Counted from the whole stretch's first letter, positions 36,448-49,445 are shown. The stretch is 63,715 nucleotides of DNA, filler included, from Pelomyxa schiedti (GCA_020536535.1; 12 parts of 12 records of this genome joined end to end with filler, not necessarily neighbours in it); one strand, 5' to 3'. Numbers and translations: made by a program. Notes: generated from the sequence alone by a model not told the origin.

Positions 36448-38077
36448 ATGGACGGAGTAGCGAACAGCAGCTCTCAGCAACCACCACAATCGCCGTCGCC
36501 CAATGCCACTAGGTGCCCAATGTGCCGCCGGCCACAGCCGGAATCGCCGAGCCAGCAAGGCACCGCGCCGTTTGTTCTCGTGCCATCGTGTGGCCACCAG
36601 CCGTGCCCCGAGTGCGCCGATGCCATTGTTGCGTTCGAGGGCATATCCTCCCCGCACCTTATTTCGTCGTCGGCGGTGCCCCCTCGTGTGGAGACATCCG
36701 CATGTTCTGCACCTGCGAGCGCTGCTTCGACTTGTTTGCCGGTTGGTGTTGGGTTTGAGATCTGGTGCACTGTGTGTGAGGGCGCCAGGGAGGCCAAGTT
36801 GGAGGGATCTGCCGGGACGCCATCGTCGCCAGCGACGCGGATGACGGTGTGGCCCTGCCTTGGTCTTGATGACCCTGTGTTGGAAAGATGGGCAAAGAGG
36901 AGGAGGTTGATGCCGAGGCCTGAGGAGGCTAAGCTAAGTTTGCCTGGTTAGTTGTTAGTTAACTTAACTTAATTAATTATACATAGTTATTATAATATTA
37001 TTATAATTAGTTAATTAACTAATAATTAATTAATTATAATAATATTATACTTGTAATGTAATATAGACTGGGTGGATACTCTAAGATTGGGATAGGTGCG
37101 GTTATGATGTGTGAAAGTCACCAGCTTCCACTGGATGTGTTTTGTGTGACCGACAATTGTTTCATCTGTGCGAGGTGTAGCTTCTACTCCTCCCACAAGG
37201 TTGGTTAACGCACACCTTTGTACTAGATTTATTGACTTTAACAAAAGGGGCACGAAGCAATACCGTTGGAAGACATTTCTATGAATAATCAACCAACCCC
37301 GAAGGTATATCTGGGACAAATGTCGAAACTTGAAGGCGATTTAGATTTACTGGCTGAATCCATAAAATCCGAAAGTGCCAAGTTGAAGCTGGTTTGTCCT
37401 CACTTTTGATTTTCTTTCTGATAACCAAAACGAAGGCTCACAAGCAGTTTGAGGAGAAGATTCATCACGAGTTCACTGAAATGATCCAGATGCTCCAACG
37501 ACAAGAAGAGTGCTTAATTAAAACCTCCGCTGCTATTGCATCCATAAATGGTGTTTATTGTCTAAAAGTATTGTCCTTGTTGAACTCACACCTTTTTCAC
37601 AGACGACACAATATCAAAGCAACTTCAAAATGTATCTGTTGCGCGGGAGCATATTGGGAAATACAAGTCAACGGCCATGTCGAACTGTAGGGATACATCC
37701 ACAATCATCGATCTCTGTGATGCAATTCCCGGAATCCTCCAAGTATTGCTTATTATTATTCTTTATTTTGCAGGAGTTTTACCACTCAACTAGCAATTTG
37801 GATCTAAAAACCTTTCGCCCTGTGCAAGAGAAGAACTCCTGCAATGTTGTACAAATGATATTGAGGAATTCAAATCAAAGATCTCACAGCTGTGTTCCAT
37901 CTCTTATGGTTCTCATCACTTCTTCTTCAGACCAAATATCTTACATACTTCACCGCAAACGGCACACACAGGTCCGGTGCTTGAATGCATCAAAGAAGAA
38001 ATAAAATCAACACCAATAAGGACAGAAAGAATTGTCACACTTTGCGGGCAGTGGTCCCCATCTGCGAAAGATCAAGA
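36448..38077 (+). CDS. RING + B-box + coiled-coil (TRIM-like) protein, 3' truncated
   Basis: RING CPMC...SCGHQPCPEC...WCTVC; B-box CESHQLPLDVFCVTDNCFICARC...SHKGHE; coiled coil AHKQFEEKIHHEFTEMIQMLQRQEECL. Confidence 0.75.
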
Positions 38078-38293
38078 NNNNNNNNNNNNNNNNNNNNNNN
38101 NNNNNNNNNNNNNNNNNNNNNTTAATTAATTAANNNNNNNNNNNNNNNNNNNNNNNNNNNNNNNNNNNNNNNNNNNNCAAAGAGCAAGAGAGTCTGCCTA
38201 CAGGTTTGTTCTTTCCGCATATCTTATTTTATTTTAATTATTTTGTAGAGTACAACCGTGACAGCCTCTCTGTTACTGGACCACCAGCTAGCA

Positions 38294-38349
38294 ACCACAC
38301 AACCACACGACCACGCGACCACGCGACCACGCGACCACACGACCACACA
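38294..38349. repeat. 8-bp tandem repeat GACCACRC, about 7 copies
   Basis: Seen directly. Confidence 0.75.
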
Positions 38350-38490
38350 GGTGTAAAGGGAAAAAAAAATAAATTATGTATCTTCCAATTTGTAGGCAAC
38401 CTGGGAAAATCCCCAATTTGTGCCCGATTTGAGAATGCTCAAAGCGGTGCCACTTTGAAATTCCTCCACTTTGTCCAAAGTGTGCACTAG

Positions 38491-39159
38491 TTAAGCAATT
38501 TGGAGGCTCACTTTGGTTCCGATTTGACGCTTAAATTGGGAAATTTTTGGAGTTAGGGTGGAGGAGATGGCGTGGGAGAAAGCCGGAGACAGGCACGGCG
38601 GAATGTGATGATGAAGTGACACCTGGTCATTGATGACACAGCGGAGACAATCAAGGAACACCAGAGCAGGGAGGTATTCACACTGACCTTCATGTGATGA
38701 CGGTGCCAACGATGATGATTCACCTTTTGTTTTGTGTTGGGTTGGATGAAAAACAAAACAAAAGAAAATAAAATTGCAACAAGAGCCAACACATCACGCC
38801 CACACGCACACACACACCATGAGTGAAACTGTTGATCATGTCACTTTCAAAAAGGGAGAATGCGTTGGCAACAAGAGCAAGGGCAGAGTCAATGTTCCCC
38901 ACTTGCAACTCAAAAAGTGCCTCCATCATCATCTCGTTTCGCCTTGTGCAGGTCACACTCCTCAACGAAGTTCGTCTTCGTTTGAGTTCGTCTTCGGTTG
39001 GCAGCTTGTCTTAACTTCCACAACCAGCGACAGCAGTTTGCGCTTCGTTGAGGAGTGTGACAAACAAACAAACAAACAAACAAAAACTGTTTGTTTGTTT
39101 GTGTGTTGATTGTTTGGGGGCCACGACGAGACCACACCACACGACGACGTGTTTTGCAT
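38491..39159 (-). CDS. Hypothetical spliced gene or gene relic
   Basis: Short protein-like exons (EALFELQVGNIDSALALVANAF; CEYLPALVFLDCLRCVIND) separated by TTTG-rich intron-like tracts. Confidence 0.3.
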
Positions 39160-39192
39160 GTCCTTGATGAGTGAGTTCAGCGAAAAAAATTA

Positions 39193-39414
39193 CCAACTGG
39201 TACCAAACACTTCATCAGCCCTCTATTACAGCGTAACAACCTTGTGAACGTACTTCTCAACACCTTCACCAGTGCCATAACACCAGGCAAGTGTGCACAT
39301 GGCAGTAGCATTTTCTTTGCTGAGTGAGTAGCAATTTTCTTCAGGTGTTGTTGTTTCTTTGTGGCTGACTTAGCATTCTGAGTTGAGCCATTGCATCCAC
39401 GTTACCAAGGTCAG
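39193..39414 (-). pseudogene. Degenerate Sel1-like repeat remnant
   Basis: DLGNVDAM... and NATAMCTLAWCYGTGEGVEKYVHKVVTL**RAD match the Sel1 consensus, with TAA TAG where YQ is expected. Confidence 0.65.
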
Positions 39415-40084
39415 NNNNNNNNNNNNNNNNNNNNNNNNNNNNNNNNNNNNNNNNNNNNTTAATTAATTAANNNNNNNNNNNNNNNNNNNNNNNNNNNNNN
39501 NNNNNNNNNNNNNNTCTTCGTTTTCTCACGTAGGATAATTTAGGTGCCGGACGTGGTGTCTGTAATCCCAGCTGGCTAGGTAACTTCCTTCTGTATTTTA
39601 TTATACTGGCACGGTGGTATGGTTCTTTTTTTTTTTTTTTACAGCTGCGCCAGCTGCCGAGATGGCAACCGCCAACGCTCATCCCTCCCCCCTCGTCACC
39701 CCACTGTTATCTAGCTTAAAAACGTGCGATAGTGGACTTAAGGGGGTTCTATTTTCTTCGTAAACTACTTTATTCTAAGGGTCCTAAGGCTTGGGTGATG
39801 GTGACGTCATATTGTGGCCTAACAGATCTTCCTCAGGGTCCCCCTGAGTGTCCCTTTAGCTCCCTTAAGAGATATCACACTTCCCGAAAAAGGGAACCCA
39901 GGGACAGCCCTGAGCAGAAGTCAATGGCACATGATGCTGTGCTGTGCACTGAATGCTTGGAATTCATGGGAGACAGGGCTTATAAGCGACACCGCTTTCA
40001 CAACAAACTCCTCAAGATCACAAATAAATAAATACTTGTTCCCTCCTTATCTCACACAAACGTGTTCGTCACCCATCAGGTACA

Positions 40085-40628
40085 TCACTCACAGTGGAAT
40101 CCAAAGGGACAAGCAAAGACCCATGAATGTGGAAATGTGTGTGCTGTTGTGAATGACAGCATCTTGACTCCACTCATTGCATCCATCAAACTGAATGTGT
40201 GACCACAGCTGCCACTTCCATCATCATCCTCTTGTGTTTCTGCATCACTTTCCTGGCGTGAAATCAACAGGAAGCCACAACCAGCAGTCACTGTTGTGTG
40301 TGGATACTCACACACAGGGTGGCTCAGGTCATTGATGTTGTACACCCTCGTTGTGTGGCTCTGTGTGTCATCTGAAAGGCACAGGTGTTGATCGTCCACA
40401 ACGTGGAGTGTGCCTGTGTATTTGCACACCACATTCCCTGTCACTGCGTTGATTACAACTGCACTTCCACTCCTGTTGTAGCTCCTGAGTATCAGGAACA
40501 CGTTGTATTCGCTGTCACACATAAGCCTGGTTGGCATTAACCTCTGGTCTGGAATCAGTGTCTCAGTTGGCACAGTGGCCTGAGAAATGAAAGAAAAGCT
40601 GAGAACCCGGTCTTGGAATGTCTTCTCC
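40085..40628 (-). CDS. C-terminal part of an orphan beta-rich family protein, 5' truncated
   Basis: Open frame with VINAVTGNVV and FSLMDAMSGVKMLSF; motif resembles the C-terminus of the 48128-49445 gene. Confidence 0.5.
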
Positions 40629-41144
40629 NNNNNNNNNNNNNNNNNNNNNNNNNNNNNNNNNNNNNNNNNNNNTTAATTAATTAANNNNNNNNNNNNNNNN
40701 NNNNNNNNNNNNNNNNNNNNNNNNNNNNGAAGGGATGGGGGGTATTGGTATGTTGGTAGTGTACCAGTACACTAGGGGCGAAAAAAGGAATGAAAATGGA
40801 AAGAGCGGAAAAACGAAAGCAATGTTTTGGGAAATCGCTACAACAATGGAGCCGTGACTTGCTTTTTGCGTCTGCCGAGGGGGTGTTCGTTTGCTTTAAG
40901 TTTGCCCCAATGGAGAAGGCGTGCACTTTTCCGCTTTTTAGGTTAACGGAGGTGAAGAAATGTGACATTTTAGAGATCTGCTCCTTCTCTTGGAGGATTC
41001 CGGCATAACTGGTGCCCTCTGACCCGGTGGTTGGTTCCCACGAATGGTAGCTGCCATTCCCTCCAGTAAGGATCATGGAAAAGGGAAAAACAACTTGTTG
41101 ACTCCAAGGTTTTTCGTTTAAATCTACTACGCACTTAAAGTACA

Positions 41145-43793
41145 ATGGCGGCCAACCTGCCAGGGACAACCACCAACAGAACCGACGCATCACATGCAGT
41201 TTGTCGTTTTTTTTAGCATTCTTCACGTTTGTTACGTCTTCAATGTTCAATTTTTCTTTTCTTACGACGATATTCGTAGTTCGAGTGTCAAGTGTGTCAT
41301 GGCAGACTTGTTGACCCTGTCACGTTCCCAAAGTGTTTTCACAGTGTGTGCCTCACTTGTGCTCAGAAACAACTCGCTGCAAACACCCTCACAAATGTAC
41401 GCTCGTTTTGTTGGTTTGTTTGGTGCTCCTTTTAAGTCTCTTAACTTTTTTTGTTTTGTTTTGAAGGAGGTCAAGTGTGGATTTGGGTGTGGAACTGTTT
41501 TGGACTCAAACACACTGACTGTGAATGTGGCACTTCGTGCTGTGGTTGGTGGTGCTGCTTCACTTGAGCAACAGAACAAAAATGCTTCAAATTTCGGACT
41601 CTGCAGTGGCTGTGGAAAGAGGCCTGCATCTGTCAGGTGTGAAACTTGTGGACTGGTATGCAATTTCCCCATATGTTTGTGATTAATTTGTTTAGCTTTG
41701 TGCAAAACATTCCAAACAAGTTCATGCATTGGCAATGTATAAGTCACATGTGATTGTCGACTTGGGAAATGCACCAATACCATCCCCTGGGTCACCAAAA
41801 AGGTGCCCGATACACAAGAAGGAAAAAAGGGAACTGTTTTGCAAACAGTGCAATGAAGTCATCTGTGACAAGTGTTGGATTGTTGGATCAGTGAGCAAGC
41901 CCCCAATAAGACGCGTGAGTGTGAACTGACATGTAAGCAGCACAGAAAACATGAATGTGTGGACCTCGACCAGGCAAGAAAAGAAATTGTCCCCCAACTC
42001 CGGTCAAAAGAAGGGCATCTTTCAGAACGAAGGACTGACCTGATGGTGCTGTTTGTTGTGATCTGTGCGTTCTTTTGTGTTGTACTTTAAATTGTTTACT
42101 CACCATGTGCTTCAAGACTTTCAAAGAAAAACTTGAAACAACAAAAACAGAAACAAAAGTCGAAGAAAAAACCAGATGTGCTGCAATTGAACAAACAGTA
42201 CACATTCCTCCTTTACTTCCAGTTTGGTTTCTTTTCATCATTTGTAGATCAATGAAATGCATAAGTTATTGGAAGAGAAGAAGATTGAACTGTGCAACTT
42301 TGTTGAAAGCAAGCAGACTTCGAAAGTTAGCACACTTGATGCGCAAATACATTCTGTTGAGGATCAACTTGCATCAGTCAACTGTGGGGTGACTACTTCC
42401 GTTTGGTGGTTATTGGTTCTAAAAATAGATTCTCAGATTTCATGTGCAGAGATGTCCAACAAAACAGTAAGTGAAGAAGATCCATTTGAATTCGTGAGTT
42501 TTGGGGTTGTTGCCATTCACGCAACCAGTTTGGCAACACAGTTCCCAAGTGGGAGTGCGTTCGTTCCAGGTGTGTCAGCACAACTTGAGGAATCACCACT
42601 TGACTGCAATCACCTTTCCGCAGTCATCAGGGACTTGCAGCTTCTTCCTCCAGGTTCTTTTTCGCCAAGATATATAATGCGTCAAAGCATTATCTGACAC
42701 ACAACAGTTGATGCAACACAAAGCAAGATTGTGAGAACGGAGACGGGGCCAATATTCCTCGGAAATGAGCCGATTGTTGTTGCAACAATACAAGTGTGTG
42801 ACAAAACAGGGAACCTCTCAACGTGGACATCGGGACTCACTTGTTCTTGCTCGGTTCTCCTCCTCCCTTCTCCTTTTTTTTTGTGCCAATTCGTCCAGAG
42901 ACCAGGGAACGATGGGGTGACATCCCACATTTTGATGGAAGAAAACGCGGAGAAGGGACAAGGACACCTGACAGTGAGAATGACACCGAGTCCAACTGGT
43001 GATCACACTCTCACCGTCAAATTCAACAACTTGCACATCGTTGGGTCTCCTCTCGTCATTCCTGTTGTTGATCGGTGTGTGCTACTGCCCAATCTCTCGA
43101 AGCCTAAGCAAACAGTGACGTTCATCACATCGCTCACTCTTCTCTCTGTCTCACATTGCACAATATTGCACAGAGCATTCCGAGGAAGCAAGATTCTCAC
43201 GACACGTGAACTCGACAACAAGTTGCACGAGATGGTTGTCGGCGCAGAGGGTGCCATGGGACACAAGATGACAAACACAACGTGGCGGCTGTTGTGGCGT
43301 GGATCAGACCACGGTTTCGGTGGTGCCAAGTTCCATGAACTGTGCAACAACATCACCCCAACGCTGTCCATTGTCAGGACCACAACAAACTGTGTGTTAT
43401 CGCCTCAGTTAATGAATGAATATTAAGTGATAATCCGCAGATATATGTGGAGGATACACAAACATTCAGTTTGACAACTGCAACGACTATAGAGGAGGGT
43501 GTGGGGGACGCACGTTTGTATACAGCCTTGTTCGCGCGGGAACCACAACAGGCACAATCCTCAGGTGCAAAGGCCACAGCCACTGTATTTATTGCAGACC
43601 TGATTATGGACCAACATATGGTGGTGGATTCTCCTTGTATGTATGCAACAACAGCAACACAACAACAGGCAGCTACACAAACGTGGACCAGACTTACTGT
43701 GAGCAACCACAGCACAACCCCCCAAACGAATACCTTGCTGGAACATACCGCTCATGGGTGGTCAGTGAAATTGAAGTGTGGACCCCACTTTGA
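41145..43793 (+). CDS. TRIM-like E3 ligase: RING, B-box1, B-box2, coiled coil, filamin-type Ig, TLDc
   Basis: RING FECQVCHGRLVDPVTFPKCFHSVCLTC...KCGFGC (frame absent from the ORF track); B-boxes CSGCGKRPASVRCETC and CPIHKKEKRELFCKQCNEVICDKC...HRKH; filamin GDHTLTVKFNNLHIVGSP; TLDc WRLLWRGSDHGFGGAKFHELCNN..PTLSIV...CGGYT...YGPTYGGG...EIEVW*. Confidence 0.88.
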
Positions 43794-44249
43794 CTCTTCA
43801 ACAAAGTTTCGAAATTTTTTTCCGGATCCTTGAACCAACAACCAAAGGTTCGAAGTAGTGGGACCATTTGTGATGATCGAAACCCAGGAAAATTCAAGTG
43901 CGAAACGTGTGGCATGGTTCCTTCTCTGTGGGTACCCCCGCTTGTCCCTAATGACCAAACTCCAGTCTCACACCCCCAACAGGACCACAGAAGTGCACAA
44001 TCTGCTGCAAAATGAGCCCACACAGTGCGCAAATTGAGGGATGAGCACAAGCCCCAGCAAGCGGAGATCGAGGCTGTAGTGGCGATTTTTTGAAGCAATT
44101 CCTTACGTCACAAGTCTGTTTTTTTCGTTGTGTCGACTAATCATGATTTTTCGGGTAAGTCTAATGTGACGGCAAATTTTGTATTTTCTTTCGTCGTACA
44201 GCAAAAAGAAAATACAAAAAAAGCGAACCGCCGCAAGCCTTACAACCAA

Positions 44250-44332
44250 AATGGCACACCCGTCCGAGGAGACTACGCCCACACGGGACCTGGCGGCGTT
44301 GATTGTGCGCCACCATGAAGCGCATCCGACGA
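44250..44332 (+). CDS. 5' start of an unidentified gene, truncated by contig end
   Basis: ATG after an A-rich leader, GC-rich open frame MAHPSEETTPTRDLAALIVRHH. Confidence 0.3.
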
Positions 44333-45129
44333 NNNNNNNNNNNNNNNNNNNNNNNNNNNNNNNNNNNNNNNNNNNNTTAATTAATTAANNNNNNNNNNNN
44401 NNNNNNNNNNNNNNNNNNNNNNNNNNNNNNNNCGCGGATATCGGTTCACACACACATCTGGTGTTGCCCACACAACGAATTCCAAAAGGCACACTATAAA
44501 CATGGCCAAGGACCAACGGTACCTTTGACGGTTTAGAGGGGGAAAAAAATCGAGACGTTAACGAAAAAGCGAAATGCACACCCTGTTTTCCTTATGAAAT
44601 GCGAATAGAAGAACACCATTCTCTTTCGATTGCCCACCCCTTTGTGTTGCTTTTTTCCTTTCTTTGTTGCAGTTTGTCGTCTTTCCGGCACTCGCCCACC
44701 GCCACAGTACCGCCTGTTTGTTTTTTTTATTTTGTAATAAATTTCTGAGGACGCAACAGGCAAGGCCTACCCATTAGATCTCGTAATCGCATTTTCGAAC
44801 ATTCGCCGAAACCAGATCCCTTCTCTACGGGGAATTAATCTACCAACTAATTACCGATCCTACAGTGCAGTCATGCCCTTCTTCAGGGTTGCGAGGTGTT
44901 ACATTGTTTTACTGTTGGTGAAAAAGGTTTGTGCATGGTTGAGTGTTTTTCCTTTGTGGTTGGGTTGGCTCGACAACGGTGTGGGAAGGCAATGCTAGGG
45001 TGGAAATGATGTTACTTCCAATTACGAGCCATTTAGTGTGCTGCTCTACTCTTTGCAGTGAACGTGGTGGTGAGGTTTACGTAACGGAAAGCTGAAAAAA
45101 GGAGGGGTGTTATTCCTAATTAATCCTAA

Positions 45130-45959
45130 TCAAAGGTTTGTATGACTATTGTACCATAGGAGACAGTGTCCCGAAATTGAGTGCATACAGCACGAGCAGC
45201 AAGAACGGACTCTGGGGGTAAATAGCCAACAATCTGCGCCAGAACAGGAAGTGGCAAGTCCATAATGTGGCTTCCTGTGGTAATTGTTCCGTTCTTTTGT
45301 AGTAGAATTGGCAGTGGAATGTACCTTGTAATATGAATATGTATTCATTCAAACGGTTCTCCAACACATTTAACAGGCACCTTTTAAAATCACTTGGGTA
45401 AATAAGCTGTGTCACAAGTTAGTCCATTCACTGAAGTCAGAGAAAAATTGAAACAAACTCTCTGGCTTGAATGTAATCGATTGCCTTCAACCCGTTCATG
45501 TAAGCCTAAACAGCCATTTGGTGAATAAGAAAGCCTCAAGAACATACATTTAGCTTTGATTGTACATCGGCTTTCAGTTGCTCAATCCTCGTGTTTCCCT
45601 ACACCACCATCTCATTCCTTAGTTTGCCCAACGATTCAATTTGTTCTCTCACTTGGCCAGCACTCTAAAACAGGGTGAATTGATTCAATTCATCCAATGA
45701 TGCGCAGCAGCCCACATGGGCCAAAACGGTAGGTACCATCATCGACGAACAAAAAAAAGCGCAAGCAAACCTCTTCAGCATCATGAAGTAGCCTGTTCAA
45801 ATGCACAACGGCATCGCGCACCAGTGGTGAAACCCTGCACTCCCACAGTCCTCGTGTGCGTTTGGTGGGTGTCCGCAGGTGTGGCGAGATGGGCCTCTCG
45901 CTGCGCCCATTTGTCTTGTCCTCTTCCTCCTTGCTACTACGCTTCCGTGCAGGCTCCAT
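45130..45959 (-). CDS. Hypothetical multi-exon protein
   Basis: First exon MEPARKRSSKEEE...VVHLNRLLHDAEE followed by a GT donor and further short open exons; the end is uncertain. Confidence 0.3.
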
Positions 45960-46379
45960 GGTAAGTATTGGTTCCACACAAAGAAGCTTGTGTCGCTCAT
46001 CCCTTGGCCTTTTTTCCCCCTGCTTCACGGCTTGATCCAGACACTCTCCAAGGCCTGCGGTCACCCACCCACGATTCAAGCACCAACTGCTCGGGCATTG
46101 ATCAATATTCTCTGGCGCCCAGTCCCCCCTCTCCGGGAGAACAGAAATAAAAAAAAGCACTTTTCCGTTTACGCGCGCCTAACCCCATCGCGATGACCAG
46201 CAGGGTGCCCGATGTTATCGCTGTGTTGGTTCTGATTGTAGCCCGTGCCGCGTGTGGGACTGCTGCACGGGGGGATGGCNNNNNNNNNNNNNNNNNNNNN
46301 NNNNNNNNNNNNNNNNNNNNNNNTTAATTAATTAANNNNNNNNNNNNNNNNNNNNNNNNNNNNNNNNNNNNNNNNNNNN

Positions 46380-47946
46380 AGCGACTTGAACTTGTTCTGA
46401 GCACAACATTGTTGGAGGACCACGTTGCCATGAGACCGGATGTCTTCGGCAGTGATTCCAAACGTTTTGATTGCCCACTGGGAACAGTTCCAGAATTCCA
46501 AACTGAAACAGGCAGACAATGGTGACCAGGAGCGCGAAGGAGAATTCTTCAGTTCAAGCAAGTTCTCTTTTGTCAAGCCCAAAGCCTTTGTGGCCCATTT
46601 GGCAGTTGATAGATCGCCGGTGACAAAACAGGATGAGAGAATCTTGTTCATTGCGTAGGAGTCCTGTCTCACTGGAAACTTGGTAAGAACCCATCTCAGA
46701 ATGTGTGGGTGAGAGAATATGCTCTTCTCCAGTTTCTCTTCAATGACAGACTGTGGGATGGAAAAGGTATCAACAACCCAATTGGTCATACAGATGCAGT
46801 CAGCCCTTATACATGCATCAGTGATCTCTTTTGCTGAGCCAGAAAAACGCTCTTCACCAAAAGTTTTGAGAAGCCAAAGGAGGGTGTGAGGTCTTCCCCG
46901 TTGGCACGCTCCAAAAGCATCTGAACTGTACCACGAGGGAATTCCAGGTCTAGTACAGGTGCAAGCAACAATATGTGAAGCTTCACACAGTCCACTCCAC
47001 GCAAGTAAGGATGTTATGAAAGGGGTTAAGCCTGAGTCAGCGCTCTGATTTAGTTCTTCGCGAGTGCAAGAAAACTCAGATTGAAGGAATAAATCAATGG
47101 CGTGCTGATCTTGTTCTGGGACACGTTGAAGAATGTTCACTGAAGGATCGTACCTCAATATGTCCTCCCTTGTCACTGCAAATGTAGTCAGAACCCACTT
47201 CAAAAGTTCAATGGATCCTGATGACCGAGCTGCAGCGGGTACAAGCCACTGATTTCGTTTTTCTCCTGGAGATAGCTTTGTGCCAAAGATTTCCCACAGC
47301 CATTCTGCCAGTGGTTTGTTTTCTTTGTGGCAAAGTACGATCCAGAATAGTTTGCTCATCACCCGAACCAAGTGTTTATCCTCAACTGACATGTGGAAGG
47401 TATCAAACAGCCACTGCGCCACCTCAAAATGCCCCTCTGTGCAAGAAAGTGCGAAGGCAGCAAAGAAATTATTGCTGAGTACCTTTTGGAAGGAAAATGA
47501 GCGAAAAAGAAAGGAAAGATGGAAGTCTACCTCATCACTCTGCAACGAAAATGTCTCGTGAAGCCACTTTGCCACATGGAGATGCCCCGCCTGACAAACG
47601 GTGTCAAACAAGAAGCGGTGAAAGTGAATCTCGCCGAAACCGTAGTTATGCATGATCTTGTTGTCCCTCAGAACCATCTCTCTGGTTGCTCCGCATTCAG
47701 CCACCAACCATTGCGAATAATCGAGGTGTCCGAATGTGCAACTGAGGAAAAGAGAGGAATGAACCGTGTCCTCAAAGAAATGAGCTTTCCAAGGGAACTT
47801 GTCATCCTCGCAATCATCCCATTCCGCGTGGTGCTTGAGAATCCACTTTGCCACTTTGTGTGTTCCAGCCTGTGCACAAGCACAAAGGGCGATCTTTCTC
47901 CCCAAGTCATCAACAACATCTCGTGCAACAAGTGGAATCCTAATTC
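46380..47946 (-). CDS. Ankyrin-like helical-repeat protein, internal fragment
   Basis: 525-codon open frame with repeats SCTFGHLDYSQWL, VCQAGHLHVAKWL, SCTEGHFEVAQWL, SGSIELLKWV and TGDLSTAKWA. Confidence 0.75.
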
Positions 47947-48127
47947 NNNNNNNNNNNNNNNNNNNNNNNNNNNNNNNNNNNNNNNNNNNNTTAATTAATT
48001 AANNNNNNNNNNNNNNNNNNNNNNNNNNNNNNNNNNNNNNNNNNNNGCACCTCCCTGCATGTTGATGTGAGGAAAAGAAAGCAAACAAGCATTCTTTTGC
48101 ATAGGAAATAGTGGATTTAACTTAAGG

Positions 48128-49445
48128 CTAGTGATGGTCCGAATCCACCTCGAGGAAAACGGTTGGACGAGTCTCACAGGACCTCGAGTACAGTGAAAAC
48201 ATGAAGAATCCAGTTGGTGCATCGTAGAATGTGACTGTGTTCCTGTAACTGAAGGACTCAGCCGTTGATGTGAACACACACCATGCCAAGGCGTGATCCC
48301 AGCTGCATGGTGGTGTCTGTTATCATCCAATCCTTCACTGGGTGCCTTTGTTGTGCATCAGCAACGTGGAAAATTTGAGCATGCTTTGCGGTTTTGAAAA
48401 GAAGGATGTGACAATCACTCACAGGCTGGACACAAAAGCTGCTGAACTCCGACATTGAGCCTGACATCACATCCACGAGCACTGCTTTGTCTCCTGTTGT
48501 GTAAAAGAGAACAAAGAGACCGCCTTGGTCTGGGCTCATGATGTAGAACTGGAAATCACCAGCAGAGTAGGGAAGCTTGATGCTTGAACTCCACACCACC
48601 ACCATCTTCCCACTGTTGTACGTTTTCTCCAGGTCCACGATTTCAACACCCCAGTTGAGAGTATCCTGCAACTCCCTCACTAAGCACAGCTCATTTCCAT
48701 TCCCAATCCCACCAGACCTCCTCTGTGTGACTGTGAACTTCATCCTCAAGTTGTTACCATGATGAAATCTTATCTGTAATGGATGTACATCTGCCGGGAA
48801 CAATGCACCACTCATCCTCCACACACTCAGCACATCCAATCCTGGAAAATGGATCACAACCCACCTGTCATTGCAGCAGAACCAGTGCAGCAACAAATCA
48901 GAACACAATGACAGAGACCTCCTTTGGTCTCCAGAAACAACAAGCTCCTTGGTCCCCCGTGTACCGAAAGAATTAACAGCAGTCGCCATCACACGCAAGC
49001 TAGGATACCACCCTGGATTGCATACAAGAACAGAGCGGCCATGAGCCATGAACCCACAAACGAGGGCGCCCTGGCCAAGGTAATCCACAGGCCTGGGCCC
49101 CTCAGTGACCCCGAGGGTGTGGGACACCCCCACGACCACCCACACCATGTGGTACTGCGACACCGTGCTATCGTCGCACAGCATCTTCAACGCCACCCTC
49201 CTCGCCGTCGCGGTGACCCACTCCCGGCCAATGCGGGCCATCACCGACCACGGCAGTACCCTCGCCGGTGGTGGTTGTGGTTGTGGTTGTGGTTGTGGTA
49301 CTACTTCACCATCACTCGATACTACGCACCCACCACCATTTTCAACACCACGCACGGTGGTGCGACCCGGCGACGAAGCCAGGACCACAGCCAATGCAAC
49401 GAATTGGTCCCGCGCGTAAACGCACCCCGTCACTCGAAACGACAT
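48128..49445 (-). CDS. Orphan expanded-family protein (ARDQFVAL...VVGVSHTLGV motif), C-terminus probably frameshifted
   Basis: 396-aa intronless ORF with CNDRWVV motif; after a (GT)n run near 48275 another frame continues TVTFYDAPTGFFMFSL to a stop at 48128. Confidence 0.6.

Noticed and set aside
36948-37067. Extremely AT-rich tract with an 18-bp palindrome ATTAGTTAATTAACTAAT
   Set aside because: Bounded by GT..AG inside the RING/B-box gene, so it is an intron; palindromes are expected in such low-complexity sequence.
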